Part shown: positions 1 to 11,960 of the stretch, piece after piece
Layout of the letters: each line of letters opens with the position of its first letter
Position numbering within the stretch: the first letter of the stretch is position 1
Assembly: GCF_001194135.2 (NCBI RefSeq)
Contig: NC_068985.1
Location: 40,251,447 to 40,315,446 of the forward strand
DNA length: 64,000 nt
Source of the DNA: Octopus bimaculoides
Lineage: Eukaryota
Direction: 5' to 3'
The notes under the pieces: model-generated
What the model was told of the DNA's origin: nothing
The model's database searches: none
Seen by the model: the letters and a program-made list of their open reading frames with translations, nothing else
Translations under genes and position numbers: made by a program

Positions 1-1171
1 AATTTTATCTTGTGCTTATTCTTAGTGTGAGTTTTGAAGAGTGCAGTTCGATTTTAACAGTTATTTTTTCAAAGCTATAATGGAAGTGGCAAAGGAGCAT
101 ATTCAGCATATTTTGCTTTATGTGTTCAACAAAGGCAACAACACAACAGAAAGTGCAAGGAATACCAATGCAGTGTACAAGAATTGGACAATAAGCATAA
201 GCCAGTGTTAACAGTGGTTCCAGAAATTCTGAGCTGGAAACTACAGCCTAGAAGACGAGCCTCATCCTGGAAGGTCTTTAGAGCTTGACAAGAATGTCCT
301 GCAAACCCTGGTGGAACAAAACCTCATCGTAACTGTTGAGGAACTAGCAGAGAAGCTTGGATTTGGTCATTCAACCATTCATTGACACCTGCTTACCATT
401 GGAGAAGTCAGCAAATTGGGTCAATGGGTTCTGCACAAACTTCCCAAGTCTAATCACGCACAGAGAGTGAATGTGTGCTCTTCTTTGCTGCCACGTCTCA
501 CAAATGAACCTTTTTTGGACCAAATAGTGACTTGTGACAAGAAATGGGTTCTCTATAAAAATGTCAAGTGCTGAAGACAGTGGGTAAGGAAAGGAGAAAC
601 AGCAGCACCCGAGGCTAAAGTAGGTCTTCACCCATGTAAGGTGTTGTTATCTATTTGGTGGGATATCAAATGTTTAGTCCACTTTGAACTTTTAAACCCA
701 AATCAAATGATAACAAAGGAGATCTACTATGAGCAGCTTGAGTGGCTTAAGTCAGCACCAGAAAAAAAAACAACCATCTTTGGTTTGAAGGCGAAAGGAG
801 TTCTTTCATCAGGATAATGCTCGGCCACATACAGCGAGGATGACATTTCAAAGGTTGGAGCAGTTTGAATGGGAAACAATGCCCCACCCACCAAATTCAC
901 CAGACATTGCCCCATCTGATTATCATTTATTCTGCAGTCTTCAAAATCATTTGGATGGAAAAAATATAAACAAGTTCAGAACAGTACTGGAGGAGTATTT
1001 TTCATCACAGACAAGTGAATTTTGGAAAAGGGGCCTTGTAAGTCTACCAGATAGATGGAAGAGCTTGTAGAAAATGAAAGTATATTTTAGATTAAAAAAG
1101 AACTTTGTTTATCTTAATTTTGAAAATTAAAAGAAGTATAAAAAAACCACATTATTTATGGGATGACCCAA
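1..1171 (+). mobile_element. Decayed mariner (D,D34D) DNA transposon, 5' TIR upstream of window
   Basis: Transposase remnant from ATG at 80 (MEVAKEHIQH...) with WVLHKL, VTCDKKW, HQDNARPH and SPDIAPSDYHLF; 34 residues lie between the last two Asp. Several stops and a frameshift. 3' TIR ...TTATTTATGGGATGACCCAA followed by TA (1172-1173). Confidence 0.95.
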
Positions 1172-1327
1172 TATTTTATTCATTCTATTATCAATGCACA
1201 TGTTCAAGAACCAAGGTGGAATATTCTGCTCAATACCGCATAGTATGCACATTCAAGTTTTTCCATATGCATATATATGAATGCATATGTGTTTATATAT
1301 GTGTTTGCTTATGTGTGTACACATGTA

Positions 1328-1742
1328 CTGTAGCAGCCATGATATAAGGGTCGGTAAGAACAAGTGAATTAAAATATTTATTATAGGAGATTAACAAAAC
1401 AGTGAGACTAGATATTTTACACATATTTAGATATATCTAATATCTATCTTTCATGGAAATTTCAAGTGAATGGAATAAATATTTCATAAGTTACGAGGAA
1501 ATAAACAAATAATCAACCAAACTGCAATGGCCAAAACTTTTGGCCACTGCAATTTGGGAGATTGTTTATTTCCTCATAACTTACAAAATATTTATTCCAT
1601 TCACTTGAAATTTTCATGAAAGATAGATATTAGATATATCTAAATAGGTGTAAAATATCTAGAGTCAATGTGTTGTTAATCTTCTATAATAACTATTTCA
1701 ATACATTTGTTCTTACTGACCCTTATATTATAGCCACTACTG
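1328..1742. mobile_element. Fold-back MITE, Tc1/mariner-like, almost entirely palindromic
   Basis: About 200-bp arms are reverse complements around the centre GGCCAAAACTTTTGGCC. TA on both flanks; termini CTGTAGCAGCC / GCCACTACTG. Confidence 0.85.
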
Positions 1743-2189
1743 TATGTATTCACATCACTGTCATTTTTATGCCTGCTTTTTCTTTCTTGGCATGAGCTGA
1801 ACAAGACGTTGGGGCAGCAGCCTACAGCAGGATGCCCTTCTTGTTGTAAACCACTACACGTTTTTCAACTGAGCTATTTTTATTTCATCAATCTTCATAC
1901 ATCAACACTGATGAATCTGACAAGCTGCAGTATCATTGCTTAAGTGATAACAGTGTGAAGAAAAACATTCACACAAATGCATAAATGACAAGCATCTGTT
2001 CAGTTTCCATCTACCAAATTTCATTCACAAGGCATTGGTCAGCCCAAAGCTACAACAAAAGACACTTTCTCAAGGGGCCAAGCACTGGGATAGAATCCAA
2101 AACCATGTGGTTGCAATGCAAACTTATTAACCAGTCATATTTGCAACTATATTTATTTATTTATTTATTTATTTATTCATTTATTTATT

Positions 2190-2234
<45 letters not shown>

Positions 2235-2405
2235 TGAATTTGAAATCCCCGCAATAAAAATAGAAAATAAACTACCCTCATTAGAAAAGGATGAGCATAT
2301 CAAAGAAATTTAATAGTTATTGACTGAAATATGAGAGTAAGCTGTTGATAATTAAAAATTTCACGTAAATATGCAACTACAAAAAACTTTAGATAACCAT
2401 TATTA

Positions 2406-2439
<34 letters not shown>

Positions 2440-3716
2440 CATTATCTATAGTGTCATCATTACCATTTATTCATCATTATCATAATCATCGTTGCTATTA
2501 TTTTCTAAAACTGCCTGTACAAACTATTTTTGTTTTTCTCTCTTAACAGCATAACAACATTTCTCACAATTACAAAGCTACTAAATAGTGAACAAATAAT
2601 GGAGAGCAAATATTTCTCTCTTTCTTACATGAATAAGACAAATAACAAAAAGGAAATATAAAATAGAACATATATATGCACAAACATAAATATTCAGAGC
2701 AACCAAACAAAAACAAAACCGAGACATTACCTGTTGTATTCAAAATTTTTTTTATAACCATTGTAGTAAATGTAGTGAACTATATACATTGATTAAAAAA
2801 TAAAAAACTGATTTGAGCTATTGTGTTAAAGAGGCTTTACTAAGCAATGCCTTTTGTTTACTTTATCAATCTATCATTAGGATGGTTGAACGAACAGTAA
2901 TAATACTAATCCCTGGAAAAAGGTTAATCTAACAAGTAGATAATCCATCATATTGAAATGAAAGAAGAGGATGCATGAGTAATGAAGAAGTGGTATGCTA
3001 TTTGTCACAACAACAGAAATTTCAAATATTTATCATTTCAAATCGAACAAGAAAAAATATCAATAAAGGTGATAAAACAAGCACCCAGGTGATAAGTTAT
3101 CAGTGACATTCTTCAACTGAACTACATACTCACAAAACTAGATGACGTCACTTATGACCTTACCCACAGCTTTATTTATTGTTTGACAAGTTAATTCAAT
3201 AGATTTCTTTTGGTTCATTAAAAATTCAAGGGCTTTATTTTTGTCTAATTTCTAGTAAATCCTTTGAGGTTGAATAGAAACAATACTCATTATTATAATG
3301 AGTGTATTTGGCACAAGAAACTACACAGGAATATTGTTGGATTTGGTGCAGATATATTTGCTATTTATCATTATTTATTAATAATTGGTAAAAATATAAT
3401 AACTATAATAAATACAACAATATTATAAATTAAAAATCATAAATACAAATGCTATAAATACAACTATGCTCTAAAATATGATGACCATTTAAAATATATT
3501 TCTAAAATAAGAAACAGTTAAAAAGGAAAAAAAAAAATAAAGCAATCCACCCAATCTTTGGTTTATGAATGCATGTGAAAATGTAGTGGCTAAGCTGATA
3601 ATTTATTCCAGTAAGGAAGAGGTGTGAGAAGTAGAAGGCATATGAAGTAGTAGTAGTAGTAGTAGTAGTGTGTGTGTGTGTGTGTGTATGAGAGAGAGAG
3701 AGAGAGAGAGAGAGAG

Positions 3717-3760
<44 letters not shown>

Positions 3761-4364
3761 TGTGTGTTTAGCCAAGTCAAAGATTAAGTTCATCTTAAGC
3801 TTTCATGATGGCTTTTGGGGTAGGCGTGTTTAACATAAGGCTTAAAGGTTGGATAGGACCTGGTTAAAACCATTTGTTCGGTTTGGTGAGGGTGGAGAAA
3901 TTCATTGACTACCTATGCCCTAACTACCCTACATTTAACCATTATTTGTATCTCCTCTGTAAACAGAGTGTACTGTTTGTACAAACCACCAAACCGGATG
4001 TTTACACCGATAGGAACATTCCCTTCACTTAGCTACTTTTAAATTATCTTCTCCTCACCCTCTTCATGTACACATTCCCAATCAAGTTTTTGACCCTTCT
4101 CAATTGCCAAGTTAAGTGTATATTCATTCAGCAAATCAACTGTGTATATCCAAATAAAGGAGTGTAATTTAATAATGATTTTTTGATGTCTAGAGTAGGG
4201 GAAAATCCTTTAAATGATTTGGAGAATAGACAAAAATACTAGTGAACAAATACTGTAATACGGATTTTTGCGAATATTCTCATATTTATCTCAAATAGTA
4301 ACTTAAGTGGAATTTATTAATAAAAATAATTATCTTTGGTACCTTTGACTAACTAAATAACTCC

Positions 4365-4730
4365 ATTCATCCATCTTCACTGCTCACTATTCCTGGAAGG
4401 GTCACAGGGGTAGGTCTCAGGCACTTCCTCCATAGGGTTCTATCAAATGCATCTGTCATTAAACTTTTCAACTGAATTCCCAAGCATGGACAGCTGAGAC
4501 TATGGCTATTATCCAACCATCTCATTCTTGGTCTACTCCTAAGTCTCCTGCAATATTCTAATCACATGTCCATAGTACTGGAGCTGTGACCTCTCAATGT
4601 GAAGAAGTTATAGCTCTACTTGGAGAGGCTCTCTGATCTCTGAGCTCCAAATTTCCTTCAAAGGCCACTTGTATTCATGATTGTACTCTTTTGGTCATTA
4701 TCCAATATTCATGACCACAGGTGAGGATGG
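4365..4730 (-). mobile_element. RTE-clade LINE 3' fragment
   Basis: Minus strand reads LTCGHEYWIMTKRVQS*IQVA, matching the LTYGHExWxMTxR motif near the end of RTE ORFs. Heavily decayed. Confidence 0.6.
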
Positions 4731-5925
4731 ACATGGAAAGTGAATTATAAACTGTTCATCTATTTATTTACCTGTCCATCAGTTTCAGTAAAAACGTATG
4801 TTCATACACTGAGAGGATCCTCTTTAGAAAATAGACACATACACACACAAGTCAGTCCACAAACTCATGCATACAAATGTCATATGTATTGTAGGATAAC
4901 AGTAACAAAATTTCATGTAAAATATAAACTCCACCTATAATAATAATCTTAGGTTAGGATTAAGTACATTCGACAAATCAGAAGAGCACTGATGACTGAC
5001 ACCGCATACAATTCTAGATTCTTATTATCATAAGAACTGTTATATCACAAAAAGCTAAAATCTTCAATTTCCAAAATATCTCAATCAAGACAATCTCTGG
5101 ACATCACAAAGATAATTAGTCGATCATATGCATATTGCATATTACATATTTTCAAACCAAAAAATAGGTCTACTGGATAAGGGTAGACCTAGGATTAAAC
5201 AAAAACAACAACAACAAACTTACTGTTTCTCACTAATCTATTTAGTTATCCCCCCAGTACACATTAACCTAAATAACTATACACAAATATGCATATGTAT
5301 ATATTTCTATCTGTACTGAATTAATGTTTTCTGTCCAAAGCTCTGTCAACCGAGAATTTGTTTTTGCTTTCTAAAATCAAACAAAATAAACATTCATATA
5401 TAAACAATGTTCCGAATATTAACCAATTCCACTTAGTGCTGTACTTGAGCAGACTGCAATGGATTGTTTTGAAAACAAATAGAACCACTGAAAGGCAAAA
5501 ACAATCAAACAAGAACAGCTGGTTGCGTGCACATGTGTGTATGTTTCTACACACACACACACGTGTGTGTGTGTGTGTATGCAATGCACACGTATACATG
5601 TAGGTATGATCATGTGTATGCTTGAGAGTACTAAGACACACACATGCATGCATGCACATGTGTATGAATGCACACAAGTGTGTAAATAATATATATGCAT
5701 TTAATTATTTCCATGACATATTATAACTGTGTATTTTACATATGTGTAAGTTACTGAAGTGAAATGTTGAAACTAGATTTGGATTGAGTGTAAAATTAAT
5801 GTTAACATATTAAATAAAATGAATTTAAAAAAACTAACAACAAATAATTGTCTGGTCAGGAAAAATGAAAACAATATTAGTCAATGACTCATATTATTTT
5901 AGTTATTTCAGCAAATATGGGAGAG

Positions 5926-5977
5926 AAGTCTAGATACGTTTCAGTATGTTTATGACCTCATCAGCAAAGCATAAACT
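5926..5977 (-). ncRNA. Minimal hammerhead ribozyme-like motif (Penelope type), degenerate
   Basis: Minus strand CTGATGA-GGTCATAAACATACT-GAAA-CGT-A: intact core, palindromic ACGT helix III, weak stem II. Helix I only as AAGTTTA/TAGACTT with a large internal loop. Confidence 0.5.
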
Positions 5978-6636
5978 TCACTGAACTTAGCCAAATAGTG
6001 ATTGAAAAATCAATAAGTTAATGTACAAGATTGCACAAAGGTTGGCACTCAAGGTTATGGTTACACATAAGTTTATGATTATGCACACACAAATAGGACA
6101 TACCATTATGTTATTAATAAATAACACAGAAAGGAAATAATAACAAAAAGATTACATTAAAAATGATGCATGGATCCTGTAGTCTTCTAGTTACAGTTAC
6201 AAAACTGCAATTAGTGGTAAATTTAAATCTAAACATGTTAAGCCATATAGACAAGATGACACAGGATCAAGAAAAATTGTGGCCTTCAAGCCTGCTTTAA
6301 ATACAGCAGGACAGCAGAATGGGAAAATGAACAAATAAGTTACACACACACACACAATATCATTGTTAAATATAAAAACCATTACTTAAAGGTTTGCATC
6401 AAAGATGTTCCATGAAAGAAATTTATGAAAAAAAAATGTTTTTTATTCATCCATTAATGTTATTTGTTGAATGCTTATCAAGAGTGAAACTTCAAGTAAT
6501 GAAGAAACAGTGAGCTCTAAGAATAATATATATCAACTTTACTAGACATGTACTCTTTATTCATACTACTTGCAAGTGTGTGCATGCATGTGTGTGCATG
6601 TGTGTGCACACGCGCGTGTGTGTGTGTGTGTGTGTG

Positions 6637-6691
6637 NNNNNNNNNNNNNNNNNNNNNNNNNNNNNNNNNNNNNNNNNNNNNNNNNNNNNNN
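6637..6691. other. Assembly gap within (TG)n
   Basis: 55 N flanked by TG repeats. Confidence 0.99.
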
Positions 6692-6959
6692 GCGTGCGTG
6701 TGTGTGTGTGTGATTTTTATCAGCATCATATAATATCTATGTTCTATGCTGAAATGGGCTGATTGGTTTGAAAAGATCCAATGGGTCTAGTCCCAAAACT
6801 GCATCATGCTCTAGTAAGTGCTTTGGCATGGTTTCTGTGGCAGATGACTTTCCTAACACCAACCACATTACAACATGTATTTGGGTGCTTTTTTCCATGT
6901 CATCAGCACAAGAAAGACCACTATACGGCTCATAAGACTATGAACTCCATGGGGTGGGG

Positions 6960-7620
6960 ATGGGGGGCACACATACATCATTTGACCTGAAGGAATCAAG
7001 TCGAGGCTATTATGTTCACAGACCACCTGAGATTTGTGCAGCTGATGTACTTCTTGAACAACTGCAGGAATATAGATAGGAAGGAGTTTCCAGAAGATTG
7101 AAGCTTTGTGAAGAAAGGATTGAGTGTAGTGATTAGCATGGGGACTATGAGACTCACAATGTCAGTGGCAAGAAGAAAAGACAAGTGAGTCAGAGGAACC
7201 TGAGTAGTAGTATAGGAGCAGCGAGCTCTGAGGAGCGATGATTCAGTATTTCTGTTGGTTCGAGGTTAACGTGTGTTGGTAAAAAATTTCATGGCAATCC
7301 ACCAGCTGGGGTTTTGGGGATGCAGTCTTAGTTATCTATATGTAGAAGCAAAGTGCAATGATCAACAGTATTCTGGCCATATCCAACATCATCATTTAAT
7401 GTCCATTTTCATTGGACAGTTCAACAGGAGCCAATATACCAGAGGACTGCATCAAGCCCCAATGTCAGCTTTGACATGGTTTCAACAGCTTGATCTTCCT
7501 AATGACAACCACTTTAACCAAGGTTATCTCATTCAATGTATCCTCCCTTTTTGGCTATTATGTTGTATATTAAGTTATTTCTAGTACGTAGAACTCCTCG
7601 CCCCATTCATTTACCAGTGT
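6960..7620 (-). mobile_element. Decayed Penelope-like element, RT C-terminal/linker region
   Basis: Track ORF 6996..7184 (LNPFFTK...SIFLQLFKKY) resembles the PLE motif WFNPPFS...IFLQLIDKHF. Recognised by eye only. Confidence 0.4.
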
Positions 7621-8855
7621 TTTGCTGCTTGCCGGTTTCCTTGTTGGACAAAAATCTAAACCACTGAAACAATAATTTATGTCAAATGATGATAAACTGG
7701 AGGTAAGGAGGGTTATTGTACTGAGAGTAATAATGAAGTATCATATATGTAATATGGACCAAAGTTTAATACAAAACGTTAAGAAGTAAAAGGTCATTTT
7801 CTTAAAATAAAATGTCATGCACAATGTAAGAAGGAAGTTACAGCTTTAAATAGAGTATTTAAAATGAAAAGGCTAAGTTGCTGTGGAACTGCATAACATG
7901 GTCATATATGATTGGGGTTAAAAAATGGAATATTATAATGAATTAAGATTCTATCAATATCTATTCGCCTATTTTTTAGCATCTACACACACACACAATA
8001 TTACACCTTTCCACTCACAGTAATACACATATAATTTTTAACTAATTCCAACTAGTTGGCTGCATCTATGGCTTATCTGAATAAACATTAAAATGCTAAA
8101 TATTTACCAATGATAGAGTGTGTAGGATTTCTTATAGGTAACTGGAATAAACCCCCTGCCATCAAGTCAAACAAATATCTTGCAGCAGATATCCATTCAG
8201 ACACCTGAATGACACCATGAAATGGATGAATTAATTTAGACAGAAATAGTCTTAGTAAACCTCTTTGATATAAATTATTTGAAAATTATGATCCCTCACT
8301 AATTTGGTGGCCCTGTGGGTAAAGGTGTTTGTAAGCAGCAGAGGTTTCAATCACTTCCAGGTATTATAAATAAGCCTTATTAATTATTTTCATTTTAACA
8401 ATGTAGTGCCCCAGTATGGCCATGATCTAATGACTGAAACAAGTAAAAGGTAAAAAAATTTCCACAAATTTTGGGAGAGTATGCAGTCAAATTAACTGCA
8501 ATACTTGACAGGTACATATTTTATTGATCAAGGTCAATTTTTGTATCAGGAATACAATAAACAAAATTGATCCCAACATAGTAATGGTACTTATTTGATC
8601 GACACCAAAAGGAGGAAAAGCAGAGTAGACCCCAGCAGGATTTGAACCTGCAAAACAAGAAGTAATTTACTCTGGCTTTCTGCTGCTTTAGTTATCTCCA
8701 TGACACTTAGGTTTAAAATTATATAAATCTACAAAGGTATTTTAGAAGTTTAATATGTTTTCCAAAGCAAGTCAAACATTATCAAATCATCTTCCACATG
8801 TAATATAATGACATGGCAAGGCAGGCTTAAAGTAGATAATATATGAATAACTCAC

Positions 8856-8903
8856 CATTATATAATATTGAGTCCAAATCCTCAGCTAATGCAAATGGAT
8901 TGT
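8856..8903 (-). CDS. SORBS/CAP: SORBS/CAP-family gene, coding exon (48 nt, phase 1-1) downstream of SoHo
   Basis: Acceptor gacattttattgtttag|AC, donor AATG|gtgagt. Reads (D)NPFALAEDLDSILYN, in phase with the 23961 exon. Confidence 0.78.
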
Positions 8904-10530
8904 CTAAACAATAAAATGTCATAAAGATAATGAAATGAAAATGTGTGCATATATATATATATATATATACATACATAATTAATTACTCAGAAATAATAAG
9001 AACATCTTTTTTAAGATCAGAAATAAAATTGAAAATTATTCAAACTAATTTATTGTAATGAAAATTCTTCAAAATTATTTATTGTAACAATTCCTGGAAA
9101 CTATTTTTCTTTTCTTTTTTAGTAATTTTATCTGATATTAATAAATTTTAAAATCTAGACTAAACATTTTCTTTTAGGTAGTTTAAATATTTTTGCAAGA
9201 ACTTTCCCTGGCTTTGCTTCCACCTGTCCCCATTATGTTGTTAAGAAAACAACATTGAATTAACAAAGACTACCAAGGTCAGTTGGCAGCTCTCTCATAT
9301 ATTATATGGCAGAATAGACATCTAATCTCTTATCAGTCCACCTAGTATATGCAAGTCTTAACTACTGAGTATGACTGACTGATACCTTAAAACTCTAGAT
9401 TCTGAGTAGGATAATATAGTTTGGACTTGAGGTGTGCTCCTCTAATTCAACCGTTAGATTTTGGTAGGTTTGAGAGTGAAAATTTTGATAATTTATTGTG
9501 GTGATAGGGTGACCACGATAAACTTAGCGTCAACATAGTATTTCTATGAAAGCTCACAGAGACAAAGTTGATTAAGCAAGGTCAATTTGACTGAGGGCAG
9601 AAATGGAACAGAGGAAGAATGCATTTGTGAATAACTATCTGCAAATAGCAACCTGCTTACATCATCAAAAACACCTTAATAAGAGATTTTATTAAGAATG
9701 CAATGAATGACAATAAATTTTAGTAAATTGAGTAATTTAAAAACTAGCAAAATCAAACAACTGATACCTCTTGAACTTGAGTTTATTGATATTTCAAAAT
9801 TGGAATTATTTCTTTTTAAAAGAACTGAGCTATTATTTAAAAAATAACATAACTGATATCACTGTTCCTAGTTAAAGGAAAGCTATTTTTATCATGAAGA
9901 TATCAAACTAAAATATTTGCTTATTTTTCTTCTATTGATCAACCATAAGGAAATAGTGCCCATAACCATTTTCAGGGCCTCTGAGATTGGTAAAAGGGAA
10001 GTACCTTAAACCAGAGACCTCACCTGATTGCTTAGAACAGAGGAGACACCACTAAAGATACCCAAAGACTAAATAATGACGTTAAACTGAGTGACTAGTT
10101 AAGTCACCACTTATTTGTTGATGGAAATAAAACAAAAATCTTTACTTTTTATGGTAAATTGCTGTAAACTTTAAATAAAATTAATAAATAAAAAATTAAT
10201 ATGGGACATGAAATGAAAAAAAAACAACAACTTGGAATGAATATCAAGTATACTAGTTAGAATATAGAGCACATCATGTTTGATCAATACTTGACTGAGG
10301 TCATGTATTAGGATAATTCATGTTAAATAATATGTTTGTAGAGATGGAAAGAAGAAACAATAAATTATGACCAAGTGACACAATAATGAAAATGTAGAAG
10401 AAAAAAAAATATTTAAAATAAACGAATAAATATACAGATGAAATATAAATAATGGCATTAATAAAACAACAGTATATCTATAAATCTATGTCATGCAAAC
10501 ACACAATGAAGATGCATGTGTACATGTGTA

Positions 10531-10581
<51 letters not shown>

Positions 10582-10979
10582 NNNNNNNNNNNNNNNNNNN
10601 NNNNNNNNNNNNNNNNNNNNNNNNNNNNNNNNNNNNNNNNNNNNNNNNNNNNNNNNNNNNNNNNNNNNNNNNNNNNNNNNNNNNNNNNNNNNNNNNNNNN
10701 NNNNNNNNNNNNNNNNNNNNNNNNNNNNNNNNNNNNNNNNNNNNNNNNNNNNNNNNNNNNNNNNNNNNNNNNNNNNNNNNNNNNNNNNNNNNNNNNNNNN
10801 NNNNNNNNNNNNNNNNNNNNNNNNNNNNNNNNNNNNNNNNNNNNNNNNNNNNNNNNNNNNNNNNNNNNNNNNNNNNNNNNNNNNNNNNNNNNNNNNNNNN
10901 NNNNNNNNNNNNNNNNNNNNNNNNNNNNNNNNNNNNNNNNNNNNNNNNNNNNNNNNNNNNNNNNNNNNNNNNNNNNNNN
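10582..10979. other. Assembly gap between (GA)n and (TA)n
   Basis: 398 N. Confidence 0.99.
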
Positions 10980-11015
<36 letters not shown>

Positions 11016-11607
11016 AGTGTGCATGTGTGTGTGTTAGTGTGCATGTGTGTGTGTGTGAGTGTGTATGTGTGTGTGTGAGTGTGCATGTGTATGCACATAC
11101 ACACACATGCACACTCACACACACATGATGGGCTTCTTTCAGTTTCTGATTATCAAATGCACTCACAGGGCTTGAGGCTATAGTAGAAGACACTTGACTT
11201 ATGTACCATGCAGTAGAACTGAACCCAGAACCATGTGGCTGGGAAGCAAGCTCTTTACCACACAGCCATCCCTATATATATTTGTACGAAGCTAATGAAT
11301 CACTTTGTTGTTACTCAGCTTCTGTTTCTATTGGCAAAATGTAAATATTATGAAGTGCACCAGGTTTGATATTGAAATGGTTCAGATATTCACGTACCCA
11401 TTTGATGACATCACTCCTTTCAGACAACATTGTACTGAAAAACTTTGTTTATATCAACTTTATACATTTATTTTGGGACTGCTTCAAATTAACTTGATCA
11501 TTTTGAGAGAATTAGGATGTGTTAATCAAACATATGCTGCCTTAGTGCAATAGGGTTTATATTTTTCTGAATCAGATTTGGTGCAAGTCTGAGATATTTA
11601 TCCTTTA

Positions 11608-11960
11608 TCTTTTACTTGTTTCAGTCATTAGACTGTGGCCATGCTGGGGCACCACTCTGAAGAATTTTTAGTTGAATGTATCAGCCCCAGTACTTCTTTT
11701 TTAAGCCTGGTACTTGTTATAATGGTTCTCTTTTTCCAAACCACTAAGTTATAGGGAGATAAACACACCAGCATCAAGCAGTGTAGGGGTACACACACAC
11801 ACACACACACACACATACAATGGGCTTCTTTCAGTTTCAATCTACCAAATCTATTCACAAGGCTTTGGTCAGCCCCAGGCTACAGAAGACACTTGGTCAA
11901 GATGTCACACTGGAGGACTGAACCATGTGTTTGGGAAGCAAGCTTCTTACTTCACAGCTA
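11608..11960 (-). mobile_element. tRNA-derived SINE family A (CORE-like centre, internal (CA)n), near full length
   Basis: Minus-strand head ...CACATGGTTCAGTCCTCCAG (B-box-like), then GACCAAGTGTCTTCTGTAGCC and tail GACTGAAACAAGTAAAAGA. Same family at 11127-11275, 2005-2135, 13545-13660, 16005-16150, 42395-42760 and 51641-52075. Confidence 0.8.

Noticed and set aside
2731-2779. Possible 49-nt exon (atatag|TTC...CAG|gtaatg)
   Set aside because: Good donor, but it is AT-rich, would change phase after the phase-1 8856 exon and has no homology cue.
3143-3150. Perfect CRE palindrome TGACGTCA between two donor-like sites
   Set aside because: A single 8-mer is expected by chance in 64 kb; no promoter evidence.
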